Assembly: GCA_024626585.2 (NCBI GenBank)
Contig: JANKJI020000004.1
Coordinates: 33,801,433-33,829,858 of the forward strand
From: Ginkgo biloba
Lineage: Eukaryota > Plantae > Ginkgophyta
Direction of reading: 5' to 3'
Length of the DNA stretch: 28,426 nt
Part shown: positions 1 to 12,319 of the stretch, in pieces
How positions within the stretch are numbered: the first letter of the stretch is position 1
Layout: the number at the start of each line of letters is the position of its first letter
Position numbers and translations under genes: made by a program
The notes under the pieces: generated by a model
What the model was told of the DNA's origin: nothing
What the model saw: only the letters and a program-made list of their open reading frames with translations
The model's database searches: none

Positions 1-339
1 TCGATGAATTTAAAGGAGACATGTATTTTATAAAAGCGCACCTTTGATCAAAATGTAATAAATCAAAATTGAAAGATAAACAAAACATTTATGATAGATA
101 AGAAAAAAATTATAAATTACATTTATCATTATTAAAGATAAATAATGATAAAGATACAAAATTTACAAGCAACTCTTGGAAAAACTTATTTGAATTAGTT
201 AAAATATCTTTCAACATAAGTACAACATATCACGTAGANNNNNNNNNNNNNNNNNNNNNNNNNNNNTTGATGGCTAGATTTTAAACTACATAAAAGATTA
301 GTAGATAAAATAGATTCAATTGATAGATTATTAATACAA

Positions 340-950
340 TACAATGTACCATATAACAACCAAGATGTCTTCCTTCATGGTCTTATAGAGATATCCACTC
401 TCCATCAAGAAAGGACTATTTGGACAAAGATCCAACAATATACTACAAAAATATAAGAAATACTTATGTCTTTAAAGGATAATATGGATATGACACTTAA
501 CCAAATGAAATAACAAGAAAACCAATGGTAAAAAAATGATCATTTTTAGTCAGAGACATTGTATTTATATTCTTATAACTATATGAGCAATTATCCCTAA
601 ATTATAAAGGGAAGTAAAAGTTGGCTCCTGATTTCTATGGACAATAGAAAATAAGAAGAAGAGTTTGGAGAACTTTTCTATTCACTAGATCTACCAAATA
701 AAGACAAGATCTATGTTGTTTTCCTCATTCTATGCCTTAGGAGGAATGCAAATAAATAGTCACACCATAAACAAAATTAACAATACTTGATGAAGAATGA
801 GAATTGATTCTTGAACTAAATATAATTATTGATGAAATAATAAAACCCCTTATGAAAAAGAAAATAATCAAGCACACAATTAAATGGAAATACTTTCTAA
901 TAAAAGACACCACCTATGAAATATAAGCATTCATGTAAAGCCACCAAATC
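340..950 (+). mobile_element. Decayed Ty3/gypsy (chromovirus) integrase C-terminus and chromodomain
   Basis: Frameshifted translation gives TKMSSFMVL*RYP, ILMSLKDNMDMTLNQMK*, KLAPDFYGQ*KI..V, YSLDLPNKDKIYVVFLILCLRR and HTIKWKYFLIKDTTYE. These match gypsy integrase GPY/F and chromodomain motifs. Many stops. Confidence 0.85.
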
Positions 951-980
951 TTAGTAATACATTCAGGGTAAATAATTTTA

Positions 981-1002
981 AGAGGTGGATGGTGGGGGGG
1001 GT
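981..1002 (+). promoter_or_regulatory. Polypurine tract (PPT)
   Basis: agaggtggatggtgggggggg directly after the chromodomain and a few nt before TGTGA. Confidence 0.75.
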
Positions 1003-1006
1003 ATAT

Positions 1007-1504
1007 TGTGAATCCAAGTCATAATTTAGGTCTGCAAGACATAAAACCCCTAAAAGAACACTTGATGCAAGTTGAGAATTCCTAAAATAAGTATTTAATC
1101 CTACAAGGATAAGATTAAAGGAGAAAACATAGAACTCAATGCATTAAGGGCCACTTAGACCAATTTTTGTAGTCATAATAGATGTAATATATTTATAATA
1201 TAAGTCAAATTGAATTAGGATACAAATAGGCCAAAGATTTCTCCATATGATCATCAATTTAATTTTCTCTTTGAAGTAGTGTTCCTTTTCAACACTAATA
1301 TGTTAGATAATTAAGGCTTTTAGACATCTTCACTATTTATGTCTTTTGACATATCTTGTGATCTAGACCTTATTTAACTATTATGAATAGTAGGTCCCAT
1401 CCTTGAACCTCTTTGGTGTTATTTTGCACATTTTATTGTGTACTTTTATTATTCACTTGTAATTTTCCATCAAGGATCATTAAAAGTTGTTTCAAGTTCT
1501 CACA
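1007..1504 (+). mobile_element. LTR (~498 bp)
   Basis: Starts TGTGA just after the PPT and ends TCACA (5-bp inverted termini). Followed by a TGG-starting PBS-like site and gag. Confidence 0.75.
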
Positions 1505-1505
1505 A

Positions 1506-1522
1506 TGGTCATGTGACCCAGC
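1506..1522 (+). promoter_or_regulatory. Putative non-canonical primer-binding site
   Basis: tggtcatgtgacccagc 1 nt after the LTR end. Begins TGG but does not match the tRNA-iMet PBS TGGTATCAGAGC. Confidence 0.4.
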
Positions 1523-1799
1523 ACCTATATGCCAATACAAACTCAATCAAGGAGCATGAGTAACTTAGCAACAACATAAGACAAAATCTTTAAATTATAG
1601 ACAAATATAAAGAACACGAACTCTAAGATGACAAGTATAAATAATCAATTGTCAATGATGGTAACCAAATGTCAACAATGGATACGATGTTGCTAGATGT
1701 ACAAAAATTTATCACCCAAATGAACAGGAACTAACAAGAAGGAAGTGGGCAAGCACCACCACCATCACCACCAGTAGATAGCATAATCATGTACAAATT

Positions 1800-2450
1800 T
1801 CAACTGAAGATACCCACTTTGAGATTTGACGGACCCATAGAGCTAGCAAAATTGATATAGCTAAAACTGAAGTAGTACTCATCTACACTAAAACCATGTT
1901 AGAAGTAGATAAGGTCCAATTTGCCCAAGCAAATATGAAAAGGCACATGTACACATGCTCATAAATGGTACAACTTGCACGTCCCAAGCAGTTCACATTT
2001 ATCAATTTCAAAACAATGTGTTGAAACATGTAGATCGAAACTAGGGAGACCCCTTAGGCATACAATACATTTTTTCCACTTGGAAAAGTCAATCAAAAAG
2101 CATGTAGAGCAATTCAAAAGGCTTCACTACAAGATTAAAATGCGCCAAGCTCGAGCAAATGACTTCTACATCACCAACATGAGATCTGAAACTAAAGGAG
2201 AAATAAGAAACCATAAGTTGTGATCCCTCAAGCAAGCAAATGGAAATTGCTCGTCAAATAGAAATTAGAGATCAAGATAGTTCCTCAAAGATGGCAAGGA
2301 TATAATCAATCCTCTAAGTAATGGGCAATGCAACTTCAAAGATGGCAACAAGCAATCATTGCAAAGCCAACGTAGAAGAGATGAGAAAATGAAAAAGATT
2401 CCATGCTATTATTGCAACTAGCCTTAGAAGACCAATACAAGGTCTATTAA
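1800..2450 (+). mobile_element. Decayed gypsy gag with zinc-knuckle remnant
   Basis: LKIPTLRFDG..EVDKVQFAQANM, VEQFKRLHYKI..DFYITNMRSETKGEIR..SLKQA.MEIARQIE, and KIPCYYCN*P near 2395-2430. Confidence 0.75.
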
Positions 2451-2630
2451 GAATGTCAAAAATATTTCAATTCTACCTAAGTTGTAGATGACAAACATGA
2501 ACCCACAATAGTCGAAGCACAACAAGAAGTAGAACCCAATGAAGAAGATGAATTTATCAAAAAGTCACCATTCCAAATGGACAACAACAAAATACCATTA
2601 TCTACCATGACCAAAATTCAAAATCTAGAC

Positions 2631-2937
2631 ACTCTCAAAGTGCACAACTTCATAAGCAGATCCAAGCTATTGGCGTTAATCGACTCAAATTATACACAAC
2701 TTTATTGATGTAAGGACAGGCAAACAATTGGGTTTTCACATCAATAAAAGAGTTCATTTTAAGTTGCTATATGAGGACACCACACATCAACATGTGATAG
2801 AAATCGAAAACCTCAATCTTGCAATGGGAGATTATCAATTGACATCAAACTTTTTCACAATAACAATTAGCGTCAAAGATGCATTCCTTAGCATTCAATG
2901 GTTAGGAACTTTGGTAATATATAGCACAAAACCATGA
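2631..2937 (+). mobile_element. Decayed gypsy aspartic protease
   Basis: TLKV..LLALIDSNYT(fs)NFID resembles LIDSGSTHNFI. DAFLSIQWLGTL resembles D..LG.QWL.TLG. Confidence 0.85.
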
Positions 2938-3349
2938 CCAAAAGTGCATGAAGTTCAAGTTGAATACCATTAACAACAAGATACAGGGAATTTTTTACCC
3001 CACCAACTCGATTCATCAACTCAAAGAAGATGGAAACCATCCTATGGAAGGGGTATGTTGGATTCATCGTTCAATTATACTCCATGAAGGTGCAACCAAA
3101 GCATCAAGACTAAGATAATCAAGAAACAAAAGAAACAAGATCCCAAGAAGAAAGGAAGGAGCTAGACACAACTCTTCAAAAGCACCACAGAGTCTTCCAA
3201 GAANNNNNNNNNNNNNNNNNNNNNNNNNNNNNNNNNNNNNNNNNNNNNNNNNNNNNNNNNNNNNNNNNNNNNNNNNNNNNNNNNNNNNNNNNNNNNNNNN
3301 GACAAAGATTGATAATCCATCTCAAGAGTTATTCTAAACAATAGTTTTT

Positions 3350-3556
3350 ACCCCTATCAAAAGCCCATACGCCACTCCGATGGGACTAGCTAGAATGAAA
3401 GACAATTTGTTTTCAATATGCTTCAATTATAGAGCATTAAACAAGGTTACTATCAAAAACAAGTTCCCTATGCAACAAATCAATGATACATTAGATGAAC
3501 TACATAGAGCCGAGTATTTTTCAAAAATGGGCCTACAATCTAGATACTACCAAATC
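3350..3556 (+). mobile_element. Gypsy reverse transcriptase N-terminal part (runs into gap)
   Basis: SPYATPMGLARMKDNLFSICFNYRALNKVTIKNKFPMQQINDTLDELHRAEYFSKMGLQSRYYQI. Confidence 0.93.
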
Positions 3557-4919
3557 TNNNNNNNNNNNNNNNNNNNNNNNNNNNNNNNNNNNNNNNNNNN
3601 NNNNNNNNNNNNNNNNNNNNNNNNNNNNNNNNNNNNNNNNNNNNNNNNNNNNNNNNNNNNNNNNNNNNNNNNNNNNNNNNNNNNNNNNNNNNNNNNNNNN
3701 NNNNNNNNNNNNNNNNNNNNNNNNNNNNNNNNNNNNNNNNNNNNNNNNNNNNNNNNNNNNNNNNNNNNNNNNNNNNNNNNNNNNNNNNNNNNNNNNNNNN
3801 NNNNNNNNNNNNNNNNNNNNNNNNNNNNNNNNNNNNNNNNNNNNNNNNNNNNNNNNNNNNNNNNNNNNNNNNNNNNNNNNNNNNNNNNNNNNNNNNNNNN
3901 NNNNNNNNNNNNNNNNNNNNNNNNNNNNNNNNNNNNNNNNNNNNNNNNNNNNNNNNNNNNNNNNNNNNNNNNNNNNNNNNNNNNNNNNNNNNNAAGGAAA
4001 ATGAATATTTTATTTGTACATCATGCGAGCATGGCAAATATAACAAGATTTTCCATTACATTCTATTAAAAAAGGGCAAAAACATTTGAGAAATTTTATT
4101 TATTAGCCAATTTTTGTTGAGTAATTTAGGGTCCAAGATGAGGAGTCCACCATTAGCAACACGTTAACATCATGATAATGAGTACATGAATTAATTATAC
4201 ATAGCATTAATGATTCATAAGCGCATAATGAATTGGACTCAAATATGGATGATAATCCTCATTTATTCCTTGGAATCATGTGTACATGTTGCAAATGCCA
4301 AAGATTGGCCTCTCACACCTAACCTTAGGCTTTCATAGTTGAGTCTCACACTTAACTTACACTTTCTCTCTCCTATTTATAATGATTTCTCACTACTAAT
4401 TCATAAAAGACGTATCTTCATCCCAAGTGACAACTTTCAAGGTGGTTGTTCATTAGCCCTAATAAATGCTCATTAATTGCACTTCATTTTATGTGTCCCT
4501 AACTATCTTGTTAATGCACTTCATTTAAGTTTCTCATTTAATTCATTGTTAGGGTTGATATCATGCTATTCGTGTGCACTAGACAAACTATCCATATAGA
4601 TGTATAGTACTGTTGTATAGAGTGTACAAACTTGAATGTCTCATAATGGTATCACTAAATGACACTAGAATCTTATTGGAATTTCTCTAGTGACTACTAG
4701 GTTCCCTCCCTTCAGTGCTAGAATAAGATAGAATCTATCTATCATGCTGGCATCTACACATTTGACTGCTAAAATCAGCCTATTGAGTATTGGATTTTCT
4801 CCATTGATTACTGGAATCAACTTGTTAACTGATGGATTTTCTTCATTGAATACTACATCTGTTCGTTATTAGTTAGAATTTGTCCACCAATGGGTTGTTG
4901 CCACTTGTCCAAATTATAT

Positions 4920-5090
4920 TGCTAACATTTATTATGGAAATTGATCGCAATAGCTTAACGTATCTTCTACAACAAGATACACTAATAGATGCACAAAGGA
5001 AGTGGACTCACAAAATCGAAGTAGTCAATTTTGCATTCATCTATAAAAAGGGTAAACAAAATGTAGCAAAGGCACCCTATCAAGAAAATA
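4920..5090 (+). mobile_element. Gypsy RNase H C-terminal part
   Basis: FIMEIDRNSLTYLLQQDTLIDAQRKWTHKIEVVNFAFIYKKGKQNVAKA(fs)LSR matches TDH.SL..LL.Q..Q.KW..YK.G..N..ADALSR. Confidence 0.9.
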
Positions 5091-5140
5091 TGAAGATGCA
5101 TCTTTCTTAGTTGTGATGATGATAGAACCTGATCTGGAAA

Positions 5141-6444
5141 TGTGTACAATGAAAGCAAATTGAAATGAACAAAAATCACATTCACAGGAGGCAACCATAT
5201 ATATAAAAAAAATACTTTGTTCTGCTTTACAGCAAGATGGAAAGGTGGAATCAAAGTCCATGAATTACAGAGCTTTATATCCCTTAAAACAAGATTGAAA
5301 ATCAAAGTGTATAGTATTACTACCTCACACAAGGTCAGCTTACAATTTGCAAATAGAATCACAAGCTTAACTCTCAGAGAAGAAAGAATACTAACAGAGC
5401 ACGAAGAACTAAAATCAAGGAACAAACTGTTGAACTATTAAAGGAACCAAAAGAAGAACTGAAGAAAACATCAACAAAATCCCTGCTCCATAGTGCTCGG
5501 GACATTTTATAATTCTCCCAATTGTAAACATCAAGACAGTTATAGAAATTGTTCATTTCAATTTCTTGGTCGAAGTTTGATGACACAAACTCTTGCCACA
5601 TGGCATAGGGGATGAGGGGGTTGTTAAGCTGGCAAGCCATGGATTTGAATGCACTGTATCGCAACTCTGTGACACTTTGCATTTTGTCGCTAGCCTTTGC
5701 ATTGTGCAAACTGTTATCCCTTGCACTTTTTATCATAGCCTTTTGCCTTTTTGCAATCATCTGTAGTTTGGTACTACCATCCATACCGTCAATCTTGGTG
5801 AGTCGACCTTGGTCGTTGATCATGTCATAGCCATTTGAATTGTTTCTACCTTGTGCACTATCGTAGCTTTTTCCAACATGATTCTAATGTGTGACATTGT
5901 GTCTTTGTCGCTTGTTGCTGCACTTAGCAATGTCAACTCACAGACATGCACGTTTTTGCGCCTTTGTCACTTGTCGCTACACTTTACAATGTAACAATTA
6001 TGCACGATATCTAGCAAGTACCTATGACCTTAAGAAAACTCCTCCAATGTGCATTTCCTTAGCAGATATCATAGGACTTTAGGATTTCAAAGTGCAAATT
6101 GGCCTTCTTGTTTCCATCATGGGTACTAAGACCCTGCTAAGGGGACCAAGAGTACCATTAGAAATTTTGGTCCTAAACCTAGTAGCCAAACAACACTGAT
6201 TTTTAGACCAATTCGATGGCTTTTTCATAACATTATTAGCTTCTTGCCTATAACTGTCCAGTCTTTCCTCCAGAAGCTAAGTAGGTTAGTTTAACTTGTT
6301 CAAGATATAAAAGGAATAGAATGAATAAATCTTATGCTAATCATGACAGTGCACAGTAACAAGAGATTTCACTCATCTATCATTCAAGCATAATCATGAG
6401 TAATCAAAGCATCATTTGCATTTAGCAAGCATAGACAACAAGAG
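5141..6444 (-). mobile_element. Probable LTR-derived non-coding insertion interrupting pol after RNase H
   Basis: pol similarity stops at a TG (tgtgtacaatg, 5141). Internal ttttata box and a ttgtcg-rich low-complexity block are typical of reversed plant LTRs. No partner LTR seen. Confidence 0.4.
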
Positions 6445-6544
6445 NNNNNNNNNNNNNNNNNNNNNNNNNNNNNNNNNNNNNNNNNNNNNNNNNNNNNNNN
6501 NNNNNNNNNNNNNNNNNNNNNNNNNNNNNNNNNNNNNNNNNNNN

Positions 6545-7250
6545 TCCTCTTTGTAGAAATCACATTTTGACAACTTGGCATATAACTTTTCTCTCCTTAG
6601 AACATCTAAGACCATACTGATATGCTTCTCATGCAATTCCTTACTTTTCTTATATATCATAATGTCATCAAAAAACACAACTACAAACTTACCCAAGAAA
6701 GGCTTTAGAATGTTATCCATTCATCTCATAAAAGTAGTTGGAGAACTAGTAAGTCTAAAGGGCATTACCAAGTATTCATAATGACCATCTCTTGTAGTAA
6801 AAGTTGTATTTTCAATATCCTTAGGATGAATTTGGATATAATGATAACCACTCCTTCAATCAATCTTAGAGAAGATAATTGCTCCCCCTCATGGTGTCCA
6901 AGATGTCATCGATCCTAGAAAGAGGATACTTATCCTTGATGGTGGCCTTGTTAAGAGCTTTGATAGTCCACACACATCCTCATAGATCCATCCTTCTTTA
7001 CCAACAAACCTGACGCACTAAACGGAGACTTAGAAAGCTGAATATTTTCATGGTGATCCATCCATCCTATTTGTCCATCAAATACTTTCTATTTCTCTTT
7101 CCACCTCTTCCTTCTTTGCATGGCTCAAGCAATAAGGCAATCTATAAGATGGACTTGATACTAGTTCAATCTCAATCTAGTAGTCCATGTCATGCTCTAC
7201 TTAGAAACTCTTTGGAGCTCAACAAGAAACACATCACTATATTTGGGTAG
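6545..7250 (-). mobile_element. Decayed gypsy reverse transcriptase plus upstream linker
   Basis: SPFSASGLLVKKKDGSMRMCVDY(fs)[67 protein letters not shown]. Catalytic FFDD is retained. Confidence 0.95.
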
Positions 7251-7800
7251 AGAAGGTGCCATTTCTATAGGAAGTTCCTTCTCTTTCTTATCAACCGAAG
7301 GAATCTCTCTCAAGAACAACACACAAGCTTCGCTATCTAATTTTCCTAGCCACCCTCTTTAACTACACCAATACCAAAGTAATATGTCTAGAATCTCAGT
7401 GTCTATACAACTTGATCTTCTTGCCTCCCATTATTATTCCTTCCTCTAATTCTTTTTGTATAATTCATTCCTTTGTATCTTACTTCAGTTTGATGCAATC
7501 TATAGCAAATCCCCATATTTTTTTCCATTCTGGCTACATTATGAGAGATGATCTCTGCGATGGTGGAATTGTGGTCTACCTAATCCCTCACATGTCTGGC
7601 TTGTGATAAAGGTGCAATTGTGTATGAGGAGGTATATCAATGGTTGCAGTGAAGCAATAGCCTCAATGCATTTTCAAAGTTGTGATTCTCCCACAAGCTC
7701 TCTCTTGCACTCCAATTCATTTTCTCTTTTCACCATTTTCCTCTCGATGCGCATTCAATTGGGAGGGACAATCTATTGAGGGATAGAGCCCCATCCAACA

Positions 7801-7935
7801 ATTATACGCATAGATCCCATATTGTGACACAAAAATAGTCTTCAACCTCTTTTTATCAACATTGTTGATTTGACTATAGATTGAGAACCCATACAAGAAG
7901 GAATAGATCTCATGCCCTATTATCTCTTCCAAGAT
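7801..7935 (-). mobile_element. Athila/Tat-type gypsy RT fragment, cut at 7800 by another element
   Basis: LEEIIGHEIYSFLYGFSIYSQI..KRLKTIFVSQYGIYAYN matches GHE.YSFLDGFSGYNQI..KT.F.T.WG.FAY. The sequence switches to TGTTGG on the minus strand at 7800. Confidence 0.85.
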
Positions 7936-8984
7936 TGATGAACTATCACGATGTAATCATGCACATTAATGTATTTTCACTTTAGAAAGTCTTTTCTTTA
8001 GTTTAGTTATTAATAGTTCNNNNNNNNNNNNNNNNNNNNNNNNNNNNNNNNNNNNNNNNNNNNNNNNNNNNNNNNNNNNNNNNNNNNNNNNNNNNNNNNN
8101 NNNNNNNNNNNNNNNNNNNNNNNNNNNNNNNNNNNNNNNNNNNNNNNNNNNNNNNNNNNNNNNNNNNNNNNNNNNNNNNNNNNNNNNNNNNNNNNNNNNN
8201 NNNNNNNNNNNNNNNNNNNNNNNNNNNNNNNNNNNNNNNNNNNNNNNNNNNNNNNNNNNNNNNNNNNNNNNNNNNNNNNNNNNNNNNNNNNNNNNNNNNN
8301 NNNNNNNNNNNNNNNNNNNNNNNNNNNNNNNNNNNNNNNNNNNNNNNNNNNNNNNNNNNNNNNNNNNNNNNNNNNNNNNNNNNNNNNNNNNNNNNNNNNN
8401 NNNNNNNNNNNNNNNNNNNNNNNNNNNNNNNNNNNNNNNNNNNNNNNNNNNNNNNNNNNNNNNNNNNNNNNNNNNNNNNNNNNNNNNNNNNNNNNNNNNN
8501 NNNNNNNNNNNNNNNNNNNNNNNNNNNNNNNNNNNNNNNNNNNNNNNNNNNNNNNNNNNNNNNNNNNNNNNNNNNNNNNNNNNNNNNNNNNNNNNNNNNN
8601 NNNNNNNNNNNNNNNNNNNNNNNNNNNNNNNNNNNNNNNNNNNNNNNNNNNNNNNNNNNNNNNNNNNNNNNNNNNNNNNNNNNNNNNNNNNNNNNNNNNN
8701 NNNNNNNNNNNNNNNNNNNNNNNNNNNNNNNNNNNNNNNNNNNNNNNNNNNNNNNNNNNNNNNNNNNNNNNNNNNNNNNNNNNNNNNNNNNNNNNNNNNN
8801 NNNNNNNNNNNNNNNNNNNNNNNNNNNNNNNNNNNNNNNNNNNNNNNNNNNNNNNNNNNNNNNNNNNNNNNNNNNNNNNNNNNNNNNNNNNNNNNNNNNN
8901 NNNNNNNNNNNNNNNNNNNNNNNNNNNNNNNNNNNNNNNNNNNNNNNNNNNNNNNNNNNNNNNNNNNNNNNNNNNNNNNNNNNC

Positions 8985-9560
8985 CTAAAAGAGCATCATC
9001 TTTCAAACATCAACCCAACATTAGCACTCTGTCTTTCATCAACTTCAAAGGTGCATCTTCGAACAACACAACTCATCTTTATGTTCATCATCTACACTTA
9101 CACTAAATAAAGTTAATTCTTCACAAACCATCCTCTTCCACAAGTCAATACAGAACTTTTTCCTATTTTGCTTAATGGCAAGATCATCGCAACAACAATT
9201 TTGAATGTCTCATGCTTGCCTTAGTGACTATCTTCAGGTCATGTATTGGCAAAGCTCTACCCCAAAAATTGAATTCTGTTGTTTTTCTCCTTGAAAGGTG
9301 TATTGTTTCAAACTGTGTTATAGCACAAAACTAGTTTTACCTTTAATAACATCAGTCATGACATTCCAAAATTGGCATAACCAATCTCATACATTTCTTG
9401 TATCTCCATATTTGTTTCGAAGTTCTGCAATCCAAAATCTTCTTTAATTTCAATATTCTTAAGAAAGTTGTGAAGAGTTTTGTCCATATTTCTATATAGA
9501 TAGGCATCAATAAAGAAGGACAGGCCATATGCAAAGTTCCAACAAATGTACTCACTTTTG
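8985..9560 (-). pseudogene. Decayed reading frame of unknown family, possibly continuing 10850-11940
   Basis: EYICWNFAYGLSFFIDAYLYRNMDKTLHNFLKNIEIKEDFGLQNFETNMEIQEMYEIGY then (fs) MTDVIKGKTSFVL*HSLKQYTFQGE..DDLAIKQNRKKFCIDLWKRMVCEELTLFSVSVDDEHKDEL. Protein-like, no recognised motif. Confidence 0.4.
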
Positions 9561-10035
9561 TTCTTGCTTTTTTGAGGACAAAAGTATGAAACACATGCAA
9601 ATATCACCTCTCCATCTTACACAAGAGCCAAAACAATGCCAAGGACTTATTGAAAAGAGCTTGAACTCATATCAAATAGTATACTTAGTGGCTCAAATTA
9701 CTTAAAATAGTAGTGGGAGATATAATAATCCCTTATTATAGGGAGAAGTGCAAAGATATCATCAAGATTCCAAGTGAGGCAACAAATGAAGTTGCAAATG
9801 ATAGATGCACCCAATGTTTCATGTTAGATTTCTGAAGAAAGCACTTTCCAGATGTGATAATGTATTGCCATCTTTTGTGGATGTACAGTAAGTTGAGCAA
9901 GAGTTGCACGATCCAATGGCCATATTGGATGAGAGAATTGGAAGGATACAGAATAGGGATATCACGAAATATTTGGTGGAGTGGTCAAATAAGCCTATTG
10001 AAAGATCTACTTGGAAATCAACTACTTTTGTCAGA
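9560..10035 (+). mobile_element. Chromovirus integrase C-terminus and chromodomain
   Basis: AKDLLKRA*THIK*Y..VVGDII, and from 9805 MHPMFHVRFLKKA..DPMAILDERIGRIQNRDITKYLVEWSNKPIERSTWK. Confidence 0.9.
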
Positions 10036-10080
10036 GGCATGTCTCATTGAGCACAAAGATCTCCATAGGGCAAGGAGAAT

Positions 10081-10847
10081 TGTTACAACCCAATAAAGCC
10101 AATTATGTTTTATCTCAAAAATGTTGAAAAAACTAGGTTAAGAGAAGAACTCAAAACACATATCACATGCACAAATCAAGAAATGATTTTGTACTATTGA
10201 ATCACAACTCCCTGAATTCTCATTGATTCAAAATAACAGATTACATTGGTAATTTATAGACATNNNNNNNNNNNNNNNNNNNNNNNNNNNNNNNNNNNNN
10301 NNNNNNNNNNNNNNNNNNNNNNNNNNNNNNNNNNNNNNNNNNNNNNNNNNNNNNNNNNNNNNNTCCTCATTATCGTCCGTGATCCTGTTTTCACATTTTC
10401 TGCATCTAAAGGCTTGGATGCAGTCATCCATGCAGGTTGTCTCATTCTGGAGGGTTTTTCACGACAGAGTACTTCATCAGACGCTGAAGGAGGCTCTAGA
10501 GGGTGATGCAGGGCCCCTAGACGTGTTGCGTGACATGTTTAGGCAATGTAGGACCCAGTTTAGGGTTTCTGAGCAGGACACTTCGGTTTTGGACTATGGA
10601 TCAAGACATTTTTATCCACAAATACTTTTCGCATCTAAAGCTGGAGCATTTTGACCAAGTAAGTCCCTCAAATCTTTAAGTATTCTAAAACCCTATTGTC
10701 TGCAATATAAGTGCATATTGCATTTTATGGTTGAAACTAGTACCTAAGCATTATGCGGATGATGTCATTATCTATATCTATGTTTTGTTATGCATATTGT
10801 AGGTTTTAACTGATTTGAGATGCAGGTTTACAAGGCAGGCTGTTACA
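10081..10847 (+). mobile_element. 3' LTR of the chromovirus (contains a gap), preceded by PPT 10067-10080
   Basis: PPT agggcaaggagaat, then TGTTACAACC at 10081. Ends ggctgttaca at 10847. No PBS follows. Confidence 0.75.
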
Positions 10848-10849
10848 AT

Positions 10850-11940
10850 CCACAAATGTTAGTCCAAATAGGTTTATCAACATTCTAAGGGGTTTCTACT
10901 GCACCACTTTCACTAAAACAAGTGGGAATATTAAATTAAACAATTAATGACATTTTTACAAGTGGTATGGTGTATTAAAGCATTGTTCTCATAAACTCCG
11001 TGCGTTCCCAAATATGCTTGGTAGTTTAGCAGTCCAATATCTGCTTTAGTTTCCATGTTCACAAAGTGATAGCAAAGAAAGATCAAGTCAATAAGGGAGT
11101 GAACAGTCATGTCCATAATTTCCAAGAAATCACAACGCTTGCTTACACAGGCATATTGAACATAACAATCGACTGGTACATGAAAGATTTAAATACATCT
11201 TGCTTTTCCTATACTTGTTTTTGTTGTGTAATACTTGTCTATAAAAATGATTCTCAGATCCATCAAAATTCACATGCATGACCAGTGACCAATTTGCATA
11301 TGAACTATGAAGTTATTTCATTTTCTTGCATGAAACTTTGTCACTGTGTCAGTCTTTTCTCATTTCAAGAGATAGTCATCATAAACAAGGTAGAGGATGA
11401 CAAATGAAGGGTTGGACTGCAGAGGCAGTAGATGTAACCACATTCAATAACCAAGTACGAGCTAAAGATACAAGCAAAGTGCTGCATTTGGGTGGATTAA
11501 AGTCTTTACGTGCCAGTTTTCTTATCGCATCAACCAAAGAGGCCACAGGCCCCAGTCCTACAGGCAACTGTTTATTTTGATGATACATACGAACTTCCAT
11601 GACTTCATTAATGCCAATCTCATTTCCCCAATTTCAATCCCTTATGTCTATTAACACGCTCTTGATCTACTGATTCTAATTGCAACCACGAACTCAACAA
11701 TTTACAAAGAAAATCTCCACCCAATACATTTAGAACTACCTTGGAAAAGGCAGGGATTCGAGCCATATATCCTTTCATTGCTACCCAATAAAGGCACAAT
11801 CACTACAACCCTACATGAAAGAGAGGCATGTTGTTGGAAAAGAACCAATAGTTCCTGCTCACTTATTCAAATAGCCATTCTACTGCAGGTATCTGTGTCT
11901 TTGATTCCACATCTCTACCATTCCATAATATAATGAGTTT
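10850..11940 (-). pseudogene. Decayed, apparently intronless reading frame of unknown family
   Basis: LCLYWVAMKGYMARIPAFSKVVLNVLGGDFLCKLLSSWLQLESVDQERVNRH (fs) GNEIGINEVMEVRMYHQNKQLPVGLGPVASLVDAIRKLARKDFNPPKCSTLLVSLARTWLL. About 140 codons with one frameshift at 11380-11790 and GNN-rich codons. Boundaries outside this core are approximate. Confidence 0.6.
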
Positions 11941-12319
11941 GTTCTATTTATGAGTTTCTAGTATTATAGTTATAAAGTATTTAAGTCTAGACATGTGTCC
12001 TTCCAGCAATAAGCTTGCTTGCTAATTAGGGAGTGAGTTTATCACATGCATGAAATGTCTGAACTTTAGATATAGACTTACCTGTAACTAAATTTCAGAT
12101 TTTGTGTTCACTGGAACTTGCTTACTCATTAAAACCAAAAATGTATCACATTTTCTAAACCTTTACTTCTCCCTTCTTCATTTCCCACCAACCACAATGG
12201 GAGGTAGTATTAATATACACATAACATGATCCATAACTTGTTTACTTGGGTGACCATTCTGCAAATTTATAGTCCAACAAAACATAAGCGAAGAAGATGA
12301 AAATTGAAAATCTCCATGC

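Noticed and set aside
7966-9006. Long ORFs in the ORF track (also 3495-4046, 20812-21265, 23372-23932 and others)
   Set aside because: They are open only because they run through N gaps.
11990-12030. LLLEGH on the minus strand as the next CNX5 exon (PLVSGAALGLEGQ)
   Set aside because: Only LEG matches and there is no donor site, so it is likely chance.
12075-12260. Strong cag|gtaagt donor at ~12080 (minus strand)
   Set aside because: The upstream sequence has stops and no CNX5 similarity, so no exon can be supported.
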